Of a stretch of 32,000 nucleotides of DNA, positions 16,871-28,495 are shown one piece after another (within the stretch, counting starts at the first letter, position 1; each line of letters opens with the position of its first letter). The notes beneath the pieces were generated by a model. The model saw only the letters and a program-made list of their open reading frames with translations. It was not told the DNA's origin and ran no database searches. Origin of the DNA: Mycolicibacterium smegmatis. Lineage in GTDB: Bacteria; Actinomycetota; Actinomycetes; Mycobacteriales; Mycobacteriaceae. The stretch lies in the NCBI RefSeq assembly GCF_001457595.1, contig NZ_LN831039.1:2490001-2522000 (forward strand). Direction: 5' to 3'. Both the position numbers and the translations under genes were made by a program.

Positions 16871-17937
16871 GGGTTCTGGTCGCGATGAGCGGCGGTGTCG
16901 ATTCGTCGGTGGCCGCGGCGCGCATGGTCGACGCCGGACACGACGTGGTCGGGGTGCACCTCGCGCTGTCCAGCGCGCCGGGCACGCTGCGCACCGGATC
17001 CCGCGGATGCTGCTCGAAGGAAGACGCCTCCGACGCCCGCCGCGTGGCCGACATCCTCGGAATCCCGTTCTACGTATGGGATTTCGCCGACCGGTTCAAG
17101 GACGACGTGATCGACGACTTCGTCGAGTCCTACGCGCGCGGTGAGACCCCGAACCCGTGCGTGCGGTGCAACGAGCGCATCAAGTTCTCGGCGCTGGCCG
17201 CCAGGGCGCTGGCGCTGGGCTTCGACGCCGTGGCCACCGGGCACTACGCCCGGCTGTCCGACGGGCGGTTGCGCCGTGCCGTCGACGCCGACAAGGACCA
17301 GTCCTACGTGCTGGGCGTGCTGACCGCCGAACAGTTGCGTCACGCGCTGTTCCCCATCGGTGACACCCCCAAGCCGCAGATCCGCGCCGAGGCCGCCGAG
17401 CGCGGCCTGGCCGTCGCCGAAAAGCCCGACAGCCACGACATCTGCTTCATCCCGACCGGCGACACCAAGGCCTTCCTCGGCGCGCATATCGGTGTGCGTC
17501 CCGGTGCGGTGGTCGACGGCAGCGGGACCGTGCTCGCCGAGCACGACGGTGTGCACGGGTTCACGATCGGTCAGCGCAAGGGCCTCGGCATCGCCGGACC
17601 TGGCGCCGACGGGCGCCCGCGCTACGTCACCGCGATCGACGCCGAGACCGGCACGGTGCGCGTCGGGCCTGCCGAGGACCTCGAGGTGTGGGAACTGACC
17701 GGTGAACGGCCGGTGTTCACCAGCGGCGTCGAACCCGGCGGCCCCATCGAGTGCCAGGTGCAGGTGCGCGCGCACGGCGGCATCACCGACACCGTGGCCG
17801 AGTTGCGCGACGGCAAGCTCGAACTGAGCCTGCGGGCACCACTGCGCGGCGTGGCACCGGGACAGACCATGGTGCTCTACCGGCCCGACCCCGACGGTGA
17901 CGAGGTCATCGCGAGCGCGACCATCACGCGTCGATGA
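16867..17937 (+). CDS. mnmA: tRNA 2-thiouridine(34) synthase
   Basis: [32 protein letters not shown] is a PP-loop (SGGxDS); the NPCVRCN motif is also present. It has an ATGA overlap with iscS at 16867-16870. Confidence 0.92.
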   Translation: MRVLVAMSGGVDSSVAAARMVDAGHDVVGVHLALSSAPGTLRTGSRGCCSKEDASDARRVADILGIPFYVWDFADRFKDDVIDDFVESYARGETPNPCVRCNERIKFSALAARALALGFDAVATGHYARLSDGRLRRAVDADKDQSYVLGVLTAEQLRHALFPIGDTPKPQIRAEAAERGLAVAEKPDSHDICFIPTGDTKAFLGAHIGVRPGAVVDGSGTVLAEHDGVHGFTIGQRKGLGIAGPGADGRPRYVTAIDAETGTVRVGPAEDLEVWELTGERPVFTSGVEPGGPIECQVQVRAHGGITDTVAELRDGKLELSLRAPLRGVAPGQTMVLYRPDPDGDEVIASATITRR

Positions 17938-17962
17938 GCGTCCGTCGAATATCGTTCACGCC

Positions 17963-18973
17963 GTGAGTATTTTCGCGACCGCGACCGGTGTCGGATCCTG
18001 GCCGGGGACCACGGCGCGGCAGGCCGCCGAGATCGTCGTCGGTGAACTGCACACGCTGTCGCATCTGGTGGAGCTGCCTGCCCGCGGCATCGGCGCCGAT
18101 CTGATCGGCCGCGCCGGGGCGCTTCTGGTCGACATCGGTATCGACACCGTGCCGCGCGGGTACCGGATCGCACCGGGGCGCAGTTCGGCGCTGCGCCGCG
18201 CGGTGAGCCTGCTCGGCGAGGATCTCGACGCGCTCGAAGAGGCGTGGGAGAAGGCCGGTCTGCGCGGCAGCGGCCGCCCGGTCAAGCTGCAGGCGCCCGG
18301 TCCCGTCACGCTGGCCGCGCACCTCGAACTGCCCGGGGGACACCGGGCCATCACCGATCCCGGTGCGCTTCGGGACCTCGGGGCGTCGCTGGCCGAGGGC
18401 GTCGCGGCACACCGCGCCGAGGTGGCCCGGCGCCTGGAGACGACCGTGGTGGTGCAGTTCGACGAACCGTCGCTGCCCGCGGCGCTGCAGGGCCGCCTGT
18501 CCGGCGTGACGAGCCTGACCCCGGTGCACCCCGTCGACGAACCGCTGGCCATGAGCCTGCTCGACGCGTGCGTGGCGCAGGCCGACACCGAGGTCGCCGT
18601 GCACAGTTGCGCGGCCGACCTGCCGTGGAAGGCGTTGCTGCGCAGCGACATCCACGCGATCTCCGTCGACGTGTCGACGCTCACCGCAGCGGATCTCGAC
18701 GGCGTGGGGGAGTTCGTCGACGCCGGTCGCACCGTGTTGCTCGGCGTCGTGCCGACGTCCGCACCCGACCGCAGACCGGCGGTCGAAGAGATCGCGAAAT
18801 CCGTTGTCGCCGTGACCGATCGGCTCGGCTTCGCACGCGAGGTGCTGCGTGAGCGGATCGGCGTGACGCCCGCGTGCGGGCTGGCAGGCGCCACACCCGA
18901 GTGGGCCCGCACCGCGATCGAACTGGCGCAGAAGGCCGCCGACGGTTTCGCGCAGGACCCCGAAGGGATCTGA
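17963..18973 (+). CDS. Cobalamin-independent methionine-synthase-like (MetE C-terminal-domain family) protein, Rv3015c-like; function unknown
   Basis: A GTG at 17963 (VSIFATATGVGSWPG...) gives 336 aa. The C-terminal ...IGVTPACGLAG is typical of the MetE/UROD-like fold. The ORF-track start at 17897 would overlap mnmA by 41 nt. Confidence 0.6.
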   Translation: MSIFATATGVGSWPGTTARQAAEIVVGELHTLSHLVELPARGIGADLIGRAGALLVDIGIDTVPRGYRIAPGRSSALRRAVSLLGEDLDALEEAWEKAGLRGSGRPVKLQAPGPVTLAAHLELPGGHRAITDPGALRDLGASLAEGVAAHRAEVARRLETTVVVQFDEPSLPAALQGRLSGVTSLTPVHPVDEPLAMSLLDACVAQADTEVAVHSCAADLPWKALLRSDIHAISVDVSTLTAADLDGVGEFVDAGRTVLLGVVPTSAPDRRPAVEEIAKSVVAVTDRLGFAREVLRERIGVTPACGLAGATPEWARTAIELAQKAADGFAQDPEGI

Positions 18974-18974
18974 T

Positions 18975-20549
18975 CTAGCGAGTCCGCAGTTCCTTGCGCA
19001 GGATCTTGCCCGCCGCCGATTTCGGCACGGCCTCGATGAACTCGACCTGGCGCACCTTCTTGTACGGCGCGACCTGACCGGCCACGAACGCCATGACCTC
19101 GTCGGCGCCGAGATCGATGCCGGGCTGCCGGACCACGAACGCCTTGGGCACCTCTTCGCCCGATTCCGGATCCTGCACACCGATCACCGCGGCGTCGGCG
19201 ATGCCCGGATGCGTCAGCAGCAGGGCCTCCAGTTCGGCCGGCGGCACCTGATACCCCTTGTACTTGATGAGTTCCTTGAGCCGGTCGACGATGTAGACGC
19301 AACCCGTGGCGTCCACCCGCGCCAGATCACCGGTGTGCAGGAAGCCGTCGTCGTCGATGGTCTCGCGCGTCGCGCGCTCGTTGTTGAGATACCCGGCCAT
19401 GACATTGGGGCCCTTGAACCACAACTCGCCGGTCTCGCTCAAACCCTCTGCGGGAACTTCGATCTCGGCACCGGTCTCCGGGTCGACGATCTTGCTCTCG
19501 GAGTTGGGCACGGTCCAGCCACACGAATCGAGCGGTGCCACTGTCCCGACGGTCGAGAGCCCGCCGTCTTTCGGGGTAACGTGGCTGACCGGGCTCAGCT
19601 CGCTCATGCCGTACCCCTGCACCACCCGGCAGTCGAGCCGTCGTGCGACGGCCAGGCCGAGCTCGGCGTCCAGCGACGCCGCACCGGACATGATGCCCTC
19701 CAGCGCCGACAGGTCGTACGAATCGACCATGGGGTGCTTGGCCAGCGCGACGGCGACCGGGGGAGCGATGTAGGCGTAGGTGCACCTGCGCTCGGCGATG
19801 TTGCCGAGGAACTCCGCGAGATCGAACGACGGCATCACCACCAGTTGGGCGCGCGCGTGCAGCGCGGCGTTGAGCAGCACCGTCATTCCGTAGATGTGGA
19901 AGAACGGGAGCACCGCGAGCAGCCGGTCGTCCCGGCGCATCCCTTGCAGCGGCCGGATCTGCGCGACGTTGGCGACCAGGTTCCTGTGGGTGAGCATGAC
20001 GCCCTTGGGATTTGCCGTCGTGCCCGAGCTGTAGGGCAGCACCGCCAGATGGGTGGCGGGGTCGAAGGTCACCTGAGGTGCGGCATGGCCGGTGGGCAGG
20101 CCCTCACCGTCGAGCAGCACGACGGCATCATCGGTCAGCCCCACCGCGGCCGCGGCCTCACGGGCCTGTGGCGCAAGGGCATTCACGGTGAGCAGTAGCT
20201 TGGCCTTCGAATCCGTGAGCTGCTTGGCGATGTCGCGCGCGGTGAACAGCGCGTTGACGGTGGTGGCGGTGGCACCCGCGCGCAGGATTCCGTGGAAGGC
20301 CACCGCGAACGCCGAACTGTTGGGCGACAGCAGCGCCACCACGTCGCCGACGCCGATCCCGCGGGCCGCCAGCGCGCCCGCGAACTCCTCGATGCGCCCG
20401 ATCAGTTCGCCGTAGGTGGTCTCTGCGCCGGTCCGGCTGTCGACGAGCGCCACCCGGCCCGCGTCCGCGTCGTCGAGACCGGCGAACAGAAAGTCGTGGA
20501 CGCTGACCGGCGGGATCGTGACGTCGGGGAACGGGCTGGCGAAACTCAT
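18975..20549 (-). CDS. AMP-dependent acyl-CoA synthetase / 4-coumarate-CoA-ligase-like enzyme
   Basis: MSFASPFPDVTIPP...; the AMP-binding signature is LPYSSGTTANPKGVMLTHRNL, with GYGMSE, HTGDLARVD and a C-terminal lysine in GKILRKEL. ATG 20549-20547 overlaps the upstream TGA. The 106-aa upstream extension was rejected. Confidence 0.85.
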   Translation of the reverse strand: MSFASPFPDVTIPPVSVHDFLFAGLDDADAGRVALVDSRTGAETTYGELIGRIEEFAGALAARGIGVGDVVALLSPNSSAFAVAFHGILRAGATATTVNALFTARDIAKQLTDSKAKLLLTVNALAPQAREAAAAVGLTDDAVVLLDGEGLPTGHAAPQVTFDPATHLAVLPYSSGTTANPKGVMLTHRNLVANVAQIRPLQGMRRDDRLLAVLPFFHIYGMTVLLNAALHARAQLVVMPSFDLAEFLGNIAERRCTYAYIAPPVAVALAKHPMVDSYDLSALEGIMSGAASLDAELGLAVARRLDCRVVQGYGMSELSPVSHVTPKDGGLSTVGTVAPLDSCGWTVPNSESKIVDPETGAEIEVPAEGLSETGELWFKGPNVMAGYLNNERATRETIDDDGFLHTGDLARVDATGCVYIVDRLKELIKYKGYQVPPAELEALLLTHPGIADAAVIGVQDPESGEEVPKAFVVRQPGIDLGADEVMAFVAGQVAPYKKVRQVEFIEAVPKSAAGKILRKELRTR

Positions 20550-20962
20550 GTGACGGCTCCCGGCTGTTGGTCGAGTTGTTTGACGAGCTTTTTCGACGCC
20601 ACCATCCGGTAGGAGGCATCGAGGAGTTCGGTGACCTCTTCCCAGTCGACCTCGGCCGCGGTGAGATCGAGGCCCAGCCACCCGAACGGGCCCATGTAGG
20701 CCGGGAAGAAGAAGCGGCTGTCCTGTTCGAGCGCTTTGCGGTCGCTCTCGTCGACCTTGACCAGAACCGAGTGCGGGTACGGGATCATCTCGCCGCGTGC
20801 CTCGCCCTTCACGTTGCCGCCGTACATGGCGAACATCTTCGGCGCGCAGAACACCGGCCTGCCCCACGACACCTTCTCGAACGCGCCGGGAAACCCCAGC
20901 GCGATGGCGCGTACCTCGGCCAGACCCGGATCGTCGTCGCTGAACATGATGGGGTGGGGCAT
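20546..20962 (-). CDS. YjbR/MmcQ-family (DUF419-like) small protein
   Basis: 138 aa, with VSWGRPVFCAPKMFAMY and LLDASYRMVASKKL, which resemble the YjbR/MmcQ family. ATG at 20962. Confidence 0.6.
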   Translation of the reverse strand: MPHPIMFSDDDPGLAEVRAIALGFPGAFEKVSWGRPVFCAPKMFAMYGGNVKGEARGEMIPYPHSVLVKVDESDRKALEQDSRFFFPAYMGPFGWLGLDLTAAEVDWEEVTELLDASYRMVASKKLVKQLDQQPGAVT

Positions 20963-21037
20963 GACGCCAGGTTAATCACCCGAAAAATTGCCGACGACCT
21001 GCAAGGGGTGCTGATGGGTGTCGGTGCGCTCGGCTAG

Positions 21038-23152
<2,115 letters not shown>

Positions 23153-23222
23153 ACGGGATCTCGGCGGTGTGGGACGCAGAGTTGTTGCGCCCCAATAAAT
23201 GCCCCAACGAATGTGGTGGGGC

Positions 23223-23891
23223 TCAGCGCAGGATCGTCGCGACGATCCCGGCGAGGTAGCCCAGCCGGGCGACCTCCGAGGGCCGGAACTTCGGGCCACC
23301 GGGCCTGCCGAGGACCACTGCGGTGCTGTGGTCGCCGAGCGGCGCCGCGGCCAGCGTCGTGGCCATGTCGCGCCACACCTGCGGAACCCAGTCCGCCGTC
23401 TCGTCGAGGGCCTCGGCGTGCTGCAGTGGCAGCCACGGTGCCGTCGCGGCCTGCGTCTCGGGTGCGCCGTGGCTCGCGGCGAGGCGTTCGGCACTGTCAC
23501 CGGCCGACCGGACCACCGTGCACCAGCCGACGCGCAGCACGCGGGGCGCCTCGGAGGCGAGCACCTGCAACTTGTCCGCCTTGGTGGGCGCGGCCGCGAT
23601 GTGATCGATCAGCTCGAGCTCGCGGTGCGCCTCCAGCAGGCCGGTGTGCGGCCGGATGCTGTCGACGAACACGCCGTTGAGGTTCTCCGCGGCCGTGATC
23701 AGGGTGTCGGGCATGGACCCGGCGGGCAGTTCGACGACCAGATCGTCGATCGCGTAGCCCGGTCCACGCTCGACGACGTCGAGCGAGAGGATGTCTGCGC
23801 CGACCGAGCCGAGGGCCACCGCGAGCGAGCCGAGGCTGCCCGGTCGGTCCTCGAGTTGGACGCGCAGCAGATACGAAGGCACGGCCAACAC
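23223..23891 (-). CDS. ACT-domain (amino-acid-binding) protein, Rv3013-like
   Basis: [35 protein letters not shown] is an ACT fold. It is divergent from gatC, as in M. tuberculosis. GTG at 23891, or a GTG three codons downstream. Confidence 0.75.
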   Translation of the reverse strand: MLAVPSYLLRVQLEDRPGSLGSLAVALGSVGADILSLDVVERGPGYAIDDLVVELPAGSMPDTLITAAENLNGVFVDSIRPHTGLLEAHRELELIDHIAAAPTKADKLQVLASEAPRVLRVGWCTVVRSAGDSAERLAASHGAPETQAATAPWLPLQHAEALDETADWVPQVWRDMATTLAAAPLGDHSTAVVLGRPGGPKFRPSEVARLGYLAGIVATILR

Positions 23892-23982
23892 CTTTTCACA
23901 GCGTGCTCACGTGAGCATGTCCGGTCGCTCGGCTCCCGCCCTGTGGTCTCGGCTCCCACTCTCTTGACTAGGCTGCTTAGTC

Positions 23983-24282
23983 GTGTCACAGATCTCCCGA
24001 GACGAGGTCGCCCACCTGGCCCGACTGGCCCGGCTGGCGCTGACCGAAGACGAGCTGGACGGTTTCGCCGGCCAATTGGACGCGATCCTCGGCCATGTCA
24101 GCCAGATCCAGTCCGTGGATGTCACCGGTGTCGAGCCGACCGACAACCCCCTCAAGGACGTCAACGTGACCCGGCCCGACGCGGTGCAGCCGTGCCTGAC
24201 CCAGGACGAAGCGCTGGCAGCCGCACCGAAGGCGGCCGACGGCCGGTTCGCGGTGCCGAGGATTCTGGGGGAGCCCGAATGA
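23983..24282 (+). CDS. gatC: Asp/Glu-tRNA amidotransferase subunit C
   Basis: [39 protein letters not shown], 99 aa, GTG start. Confidence 0.9.
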   Translation: MSQISRDEVAHLARLARLALTEDELDGFAGQLDAILGHVSQIQSVDVTGVEPTDNPLKDVNVTRPDAVQPCLTQDEALAAAPKAADGRFAVPRILGEPE

Positions 24283-25763
24283 GCACCGAACTGATCCGCA
24301 GCGACGCCGCGACGCTGGGCGCCAAGATCGCGGCCAAGGAGGTGTCCTCGACCGAGGTCACCCAGGCCCACCTCGACCAGATCGCCGCGACCGACGATCG
24401 CTTCCACGCGTTCCTGCACGTCGCTGCCGATTCCGCACTCGCCGAGGCGGCCCGTGTCGACGCCGCGGTCGCGGCAGGCGAGCAGCTGCCGTCGCCGCTG
24501 GCGGGCGTGCCGCTCGCGCTCAAGGACGTGTTCACCACGACCGACATGCCCACGACGTGCGGGTCGAAGATCCTCGAAGGCTGGCAGTCCCCGTACGACG
24601 CGACCGTGACGGTCAAGCTGCGTGCCGCGGGCATCCCGATCCTCGGCAAGACCAACATGGACGAGTTCGCCATGGGCAGCTCGACCGAGAACTCGGCGTA
24701 CGGCCCGACGCGCAACCCGTGGAACACCGAGCGCGTGCCTGGCGGCTCCGGCGGCGGCAGCGCCGCCGCGCTCGCGGCCTACCAGGCGCCGCTGGCCATC
24801 GGCTCCGACACCGGCGGTTCGATCCGCCAGCCGGCCGCGCTGACCGCCACGGTCGGCGTCAAGCCCACGTACGGCACGGTGTCGCGGTACGGGCTCATCG
24901 CGTGTGCTTCGTCACTGGACCAGGGCGGCCCGTGCGCGCGCACGGTGCTCGACACCGCGCTGCTGCACGCCGTGATCGCAGGCCACGACGCGCGCGACTC
25001 GACGTCGGTCAAGGCCGACGTGCCCGATGTGGTCGCCGCCGCCAGGGCCGGCGCGACGGGCGACCTCAAGGGTGTGCGTGTGGGTGTGGTCAAGCAGCTG
25101 CGCGGGGACGGCTACCAGCCGGGCGTGCTGCAGTCGTTCAACGCCGCCGTCGAGCAGCTGACCGCGCTGGGCGCCGAGGTCACCGAGGTGGACTGCCCGC
25201 ACTTCGACCACGCGATGGCGGCCTATTACCTGATCCTGCCCTCGGAGGTGTCGAGCAACCTCGCGCGTTTCGACGCGATGCGGTTCGGCCTGCGCGTCGG
25301 CGACGACGGCACCCACAGCGCCGAAGAGGTCATGGCGCTCACACGTGCCGCCGGATTCGGCCCAGAAGTCAAGCGCCGCATCATGATCGGCACATACGCG
25401 CTTTCGGCGGGCTACTACGACGCCTACTACAACCAGGCCCAGAAGGTCCGGACGCTGATCGCGCGCGACCTGGACCGCGCGTACGAGAACGTCGACGTGC
25501 TGGTGTCGCCCGCGACGCCGACCACCGCATTCGGGCTGGGGGAGAAGGTCGACGACCCGCTGGCGATGTACCTGTTCGACCTGTGCACGCTGCCGCTGAA
25601 CCTGGCCGGGCACTGCGGCATGTCGGTCCCGTCGGGCCTGTCGCCCGACGACGGTCTGCCCGTCGGCCTGCAGATCATGGCCCCCGCGCTCGCCGACGAC
25701 CGGCTCTACCGCGTCGGCGCGGCCTACGAGGCTGCGCGCGGTCCGCTGCCATCTGCGCTCTGA
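24279..25763 (+). CDS. gatA: Asp/Glu-tRNA amidotransferase subunit A
   Basis: [24 protein letters not shown]...; the amidase signature is [13 protein letters not shown]...[13 protein letters not shown]. It has an ATGA overlap with gatC. The 360 codons upstream in the ORF track are an artefact. Confidence 0.95.
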   Translation: MSTELIRSDAATLGAKIAAKEVSSTEVTQAHLDQIAATDDRFHAFLHVAADSALAEAARVDAAVAAGEQLPSPLAGVPLALKDVFTTTDMPTTCGSKILEGWQSPYDATVTVKLRAAGIPILGKTNMDEFAMGSSTENSAYGPTRNPWNTERVPGGSGGGSAAALAAYQAPLAIGSDTGGSIRQPAALTATVGVKPTYGTVSRYGLIACASSLDQGGPCARTVLDTALLHAVIAGHDARDSTSVKADVPDVVAAARAGATGDLKGVRVGVVKQLRGDGYQPGVLQSFNAAVEQLTALGAEVTEVDCPHFDHAMAAYYLILPSEVSSNLARFDAMRFGLRVGDDGTHSAEEVMALTRAAGFGPEVKRRIMIGTYALSAGYYDAYYNQAQKVRTLIARDLDRAYENVDVLVSPATPTTAFGLGEKVDDPLAMYLFDLCTLPLNLAGHCGMSVPSGLSPDDGLPVGLQIMAPALADDRLYRVGAAYEAARGPLPSAL

Positions 25764-25806
25764 CGGGGGAAGATGAAGCTACGCGAGTAGCAGGAGGGCA
25801 AAGGGC

Positions 25807-26838
25807 ATGCGGATCGGAGTTCTCACCGGTGGCGGTGACTGTCCAGGCCTGAACGCGGTGATCCGGGCGGTCGTGCGCACGTGCGACCAGCGCTACGGCT
25901 CGTCGGTGGTCGGGTTCCTCGACGGTTGGCGCGGCCTGCTGGAGGACCGCCGGATCCAGCTCGCCAACGACGACCGCAACGACCGGCTGCTGGCCAAGGG
26001 CGGCACGATCCTCGGCACGGCACGCGTCAACCCCGAGAAGCTGCGCAACGGCCTCGACCAGATCAAGCAGACGCTGGAAGACAACGGCATCGACGTGCTG
26101 ATCCCGATCGGCGGCGAAGGCACGCTGACCGCGGCGCACTGGCTGTCCGAGGAGAACGTGCCGGTGGTCGGCGTGCCCAAGACCATCGACAACGACATCG
26201 ACTGCACCGACGTGACGTTCGGCCACGACACCGCGCTGACCGTGGCGACCGAGGCCATCGACCGGTTGCACAGCACCGCCGAATCGCATCAGCGCGTCAT
26301 GCTGGTCGAGGTCATGGGCCGCCACGCCGGCTGGATCGCGCTCAACGCGGGTATCGCCTCGGGTGCGCACATGACGCTCATCCCCGAGCAGCCGTTCGAC
26401 GTCGAAGAGGTGTGCCGGCTGGTCAAACAGCGCTTCGTGCGCGGGGACTCGCACTTCATCTGTGTGGTCGCCGAGGGCGCCAAGCCTGCCGAGGGTTCCA
26501 TGCGGCTGCGCGAGGGCGGTATCGACGAATTCGGCCACGAGCGGTTCACCGGCGTCGCGCAGCAACTCGCGCTCGAGGTGGAGAAGCGCATCAACAAGGA
26601 GGTGCGCGTCACGGTGCTCGGGCACGTGCAGCGCGGCGGCACCCCGACGGCCTACGACCGCGTGCTGGCGACGCGTTTCGGCGTCAACGCCGCCGACGCC
26701 GCGCACGCGGGCGAGTACGGGATGATGGTGTCGCTGCGCGGCCAGGAGATCGGCCGCGTGCCGCTGGCCGACGCGGTGCGCCAGCTCAAGCTGGTGCCGC
26801 AGTCCCGTTACGACGACGCCGCGGAATTCTTCGGCTGA
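25807..26838 (+). CDS. pfkA: ATP-dependent 6-phosphofructokinase
   Basis: [31 protein letters not shown] and [20 protein letters not shown] at 25791-25797. Confidence 0.93.
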   Translation: MRIGVLTGGGDCPGLNAVIRAVVRTCDQRYGSSVVGFLDGWRGLLEDRRIQLANDDRNDRLLAKGGTILGTARVNPEKLRNGLDQIKQTLEDNGIDVLIPIGGEGTLTAAHWLSEENVPVVGVPKTIDNDIDCTDVTFGHDTALTVATEAIDRLHSTAESHQRVMLVEVMGRHAGWIALNAGIASGAHMTLIPEQPFDVEEVCRLVKQRFVRGDSHFICVVAEGAKPAEGSMRLREGGIDEFGHERFTGVAQQLALEVEKRINKEVRVTVLGHVQRGGTPTAYDRVLATRFGVNAADAAHAGEYGMMVSLRGQEIGRVPLADAVRQLKLVPQSRYDDAAEFFG

Positions 26839-26899
26839 GGGTTCTCCTCTGCCTTCGGGCGCTCGCGGCAGGGGCGAGGGCTCAAACTAAAATCGCCTC

Positions 26900-28411
26900 A
26901 TGACCGCTGCCACCACCGCTGAACTCGTTGACTTCGACGACGTCGTCGCGCGCTACGAACCCGTCATGGGCATGGAGGTGCACGTCGAGCTGTCGACAGC
27001 CACCAAGATGTTCTGCGGGTGCGCCAACCGGTTCGGCGCCGAGCCCAACACGCTCGTCTGCCCGGTATGCCTCGGCCTGCCGGGCGCGCTGCCGGTGCTC
27101 AACGAGGCCGCGGTGGAGTCGGCCATCCGCATCGGGCTCGCGCTGAACTGCGAGATCACGCCGTGGGGCCGGTTCGCGCGGAAGAACTACTTCTACCCGG
27201 ACCAGCCGAAGAACTACCAGATCTCGCAGTACGACGAGCCCATCGCGGTCGACGGCTACCTCGACGTCCCGCTGGAGGACGGCACCACATGGCGCGTGGA
27301 GATCGAACGCGCCCATATGGAGGAGGACACCGGCAAGCTGACCCACCTGGGCAGCGACACGGGCCGCATCGCCGGCGCGACGACATCGCTCGCGGACTAC
27401 AACCGTGCGGGGGTGCCGCTCATCGAGATCGTCACCAAGCCCATCGAGGGCGCGGGCGCCCGCGCGCCGGAGATCGCGCGCGCCTACGTCACGGCGCTGC
27501 GGCAGCTCATGCGCGCCCTGGACGTCTCGGACGTCCGCATGGACCAGGGCTCGATGCGGTGTGATTCGAACGTGTCGCTCAAACCCAAGGGCGCCAAGGA
27601 GTTCGGCACCCGCACCGAGACCAAGAACGTGAACTCGCTGCGCAGTGTCGAGGTTGCCGTGCGATACGAGATGCGCCGTCAGGCAGCGGTTCTCGATGCG
27701 GGCGGCACTGTCACACAGGAGACACGGCACTTCCATGAGGACGGCTACACCTCGCCGGGACGCAGCAAGGAGACCGCGCAGGACTACCGCTACTTCCCCG
27801 AGCCCGATCTGGAACCCGTCGCGCCGAGCCCCGAACTCGTCGAGCGTCTGCGCACGACCATCCCGGAGCTGCCGTGGCTCGCGCGCAAGCGGATCCAGGA
27901 CGACTGGGGCGTCTCCGACGAGGTGATGCGCGACCTGGTCAACGCCGGGGCGGTCGAACTGGTCGCGGCCACCGTCGACCACGGTGTCTCCAGTGAGGCG
28001 GCCCGCGCATGGTGGGGCAACTTCCTGGTGCAGAAGGCCAACGAGGCAGGCGTCGAACTCGACGAGCTGCCCATCAGCCCGGCCCAGGTGGCGGCCGTGG
28101 TGAAGCTCGTCGACGAGGGCAAGCTGTCCAACAAGCTCGCCCGCCAGGTCGTCGAGGGCGTGCTCGCCAGTGAGGGCGAGCCCGAACAGGTGATGACCGA
28201 CCGCGGACTCGCGCTGGTGCGCGACGATTCGGTGATCCAGGCCGCAGTGGACGAGGCGCTGGCCGCCAACCCCGACATCGTCGAGAAGATCCGCGGCGGC
28301 AAGGTCCAGGCCGCGGGCGCGATCGTGGGTGCGGTCATGAAGGCCACCAAGGGTTCGGCGGACGCCGCGCGGGTGCGCGAACTGGTGCTGGCGGCCTGCG
28401 GTCAGAGCTGA
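26900..28411 (+). CDS. gatB: Asp/Glu-tRNA amidotransferase subunit B
   Basis: [47 protein letters not shown], with a C-terminal YqeY-like tail. TGA at 28409-28411. Confidence 0.95.
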   Translation: MTAATTAELVDFDDVVARYEPVMGMEVHVELSTATKMFCGCANRFGAEPNTLVCPVCLGLPGALPVLNEAAVESAIRIGLALNCEITPWGRFARKNYFYPDQPKNYQISQYDEPIAVDGYLDVPLEDGTTWRVEIERAHMEEDTGKLTHLGSDTGRIAGATTSLADYNRAGVPLIEIVTKPIEGAGARAPEIARAYVTALRQLMRALDVSDVRMDQGSMRCDSNVSLKPKGAKEFGTRTETKNVNSLRSVEVAVRYEMRRQAAVLDAGGTVTQETRHFHEDGYTSPGRSKETAQDYRYFPEPDLEPVAPSPELVERLRTTIPELPWLARKRIQDDWGVSDEVMRDLVNAGAVELVAATVDHGVSSEAARAWWGNFLVQKANEAGVELDELPISPAQVAAVVKLVDEGKLSNKLARQVVEGVLASEGEPEQVMTDRGLALVRDDSVIQAAVDEALAANPDIVEKIRGGKVQAAGAIVGAVMKATKGSADAARVRELVLAACGQS

Positions 28412-28482
28412 TTTCGGCCGCCCGCGGCCGGAGCTGATTTCGGCCGCCCGCGGCCGGAGCTGATTTCGGCCGCCCGCGGCCG
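28405..28482. repeat. Perfect 26-bp x3 tandem repeat (VNTR-like) beginning on the gatB stop codon
   Basis: GAGCTGATTTCGGCCGCCCGCGGCCG occurs at 28405-28430, 28431-28456 and 28457-28482, then a degenerate GCGCTGA. Each unit carries a TGA and a GC hairpin (GGCCGC/GCGGCC). Confidence 0.95.
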
Positions 28483-28495
28483 GCGCTGACGGGCG

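Noticed and set aside
16378-19302. Long minus-strand ORFs (465, 418 and 448 aa) opposite iscS, mnmA and the MetE-like gene
   Set aside because: They are antisense to well-supported genes, show no motifs, and have extreme Arg/Ala/Gly/Pro composition. They are GC-content artefacts.
23199-24278. 360-codon N-terminal extension of the gatA ORF (the ORF track gives 854 aa)
   Set aside because: The extension runs antisense through the ACT-domain gene and out of frame through gatC. The conserved GatA N-terminus begins at the ATG at 24279, which forms an ATGA overlap with gatC.
25675-27982. 343-aa and 366-aa minus-strand ORFs, and a 340-aa plus-strand alternative frame, across pfkA and gatB
   Set aside because: They are shadow frames of the strongly conserved pfkA and gatB and have no independent coding signal.
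28405-28482. Possible CRISPR array
   Set aside because: The three 26-bp units are directly adjacent with no spacers, and no cas genes are present. It is a simple tandem repeat.
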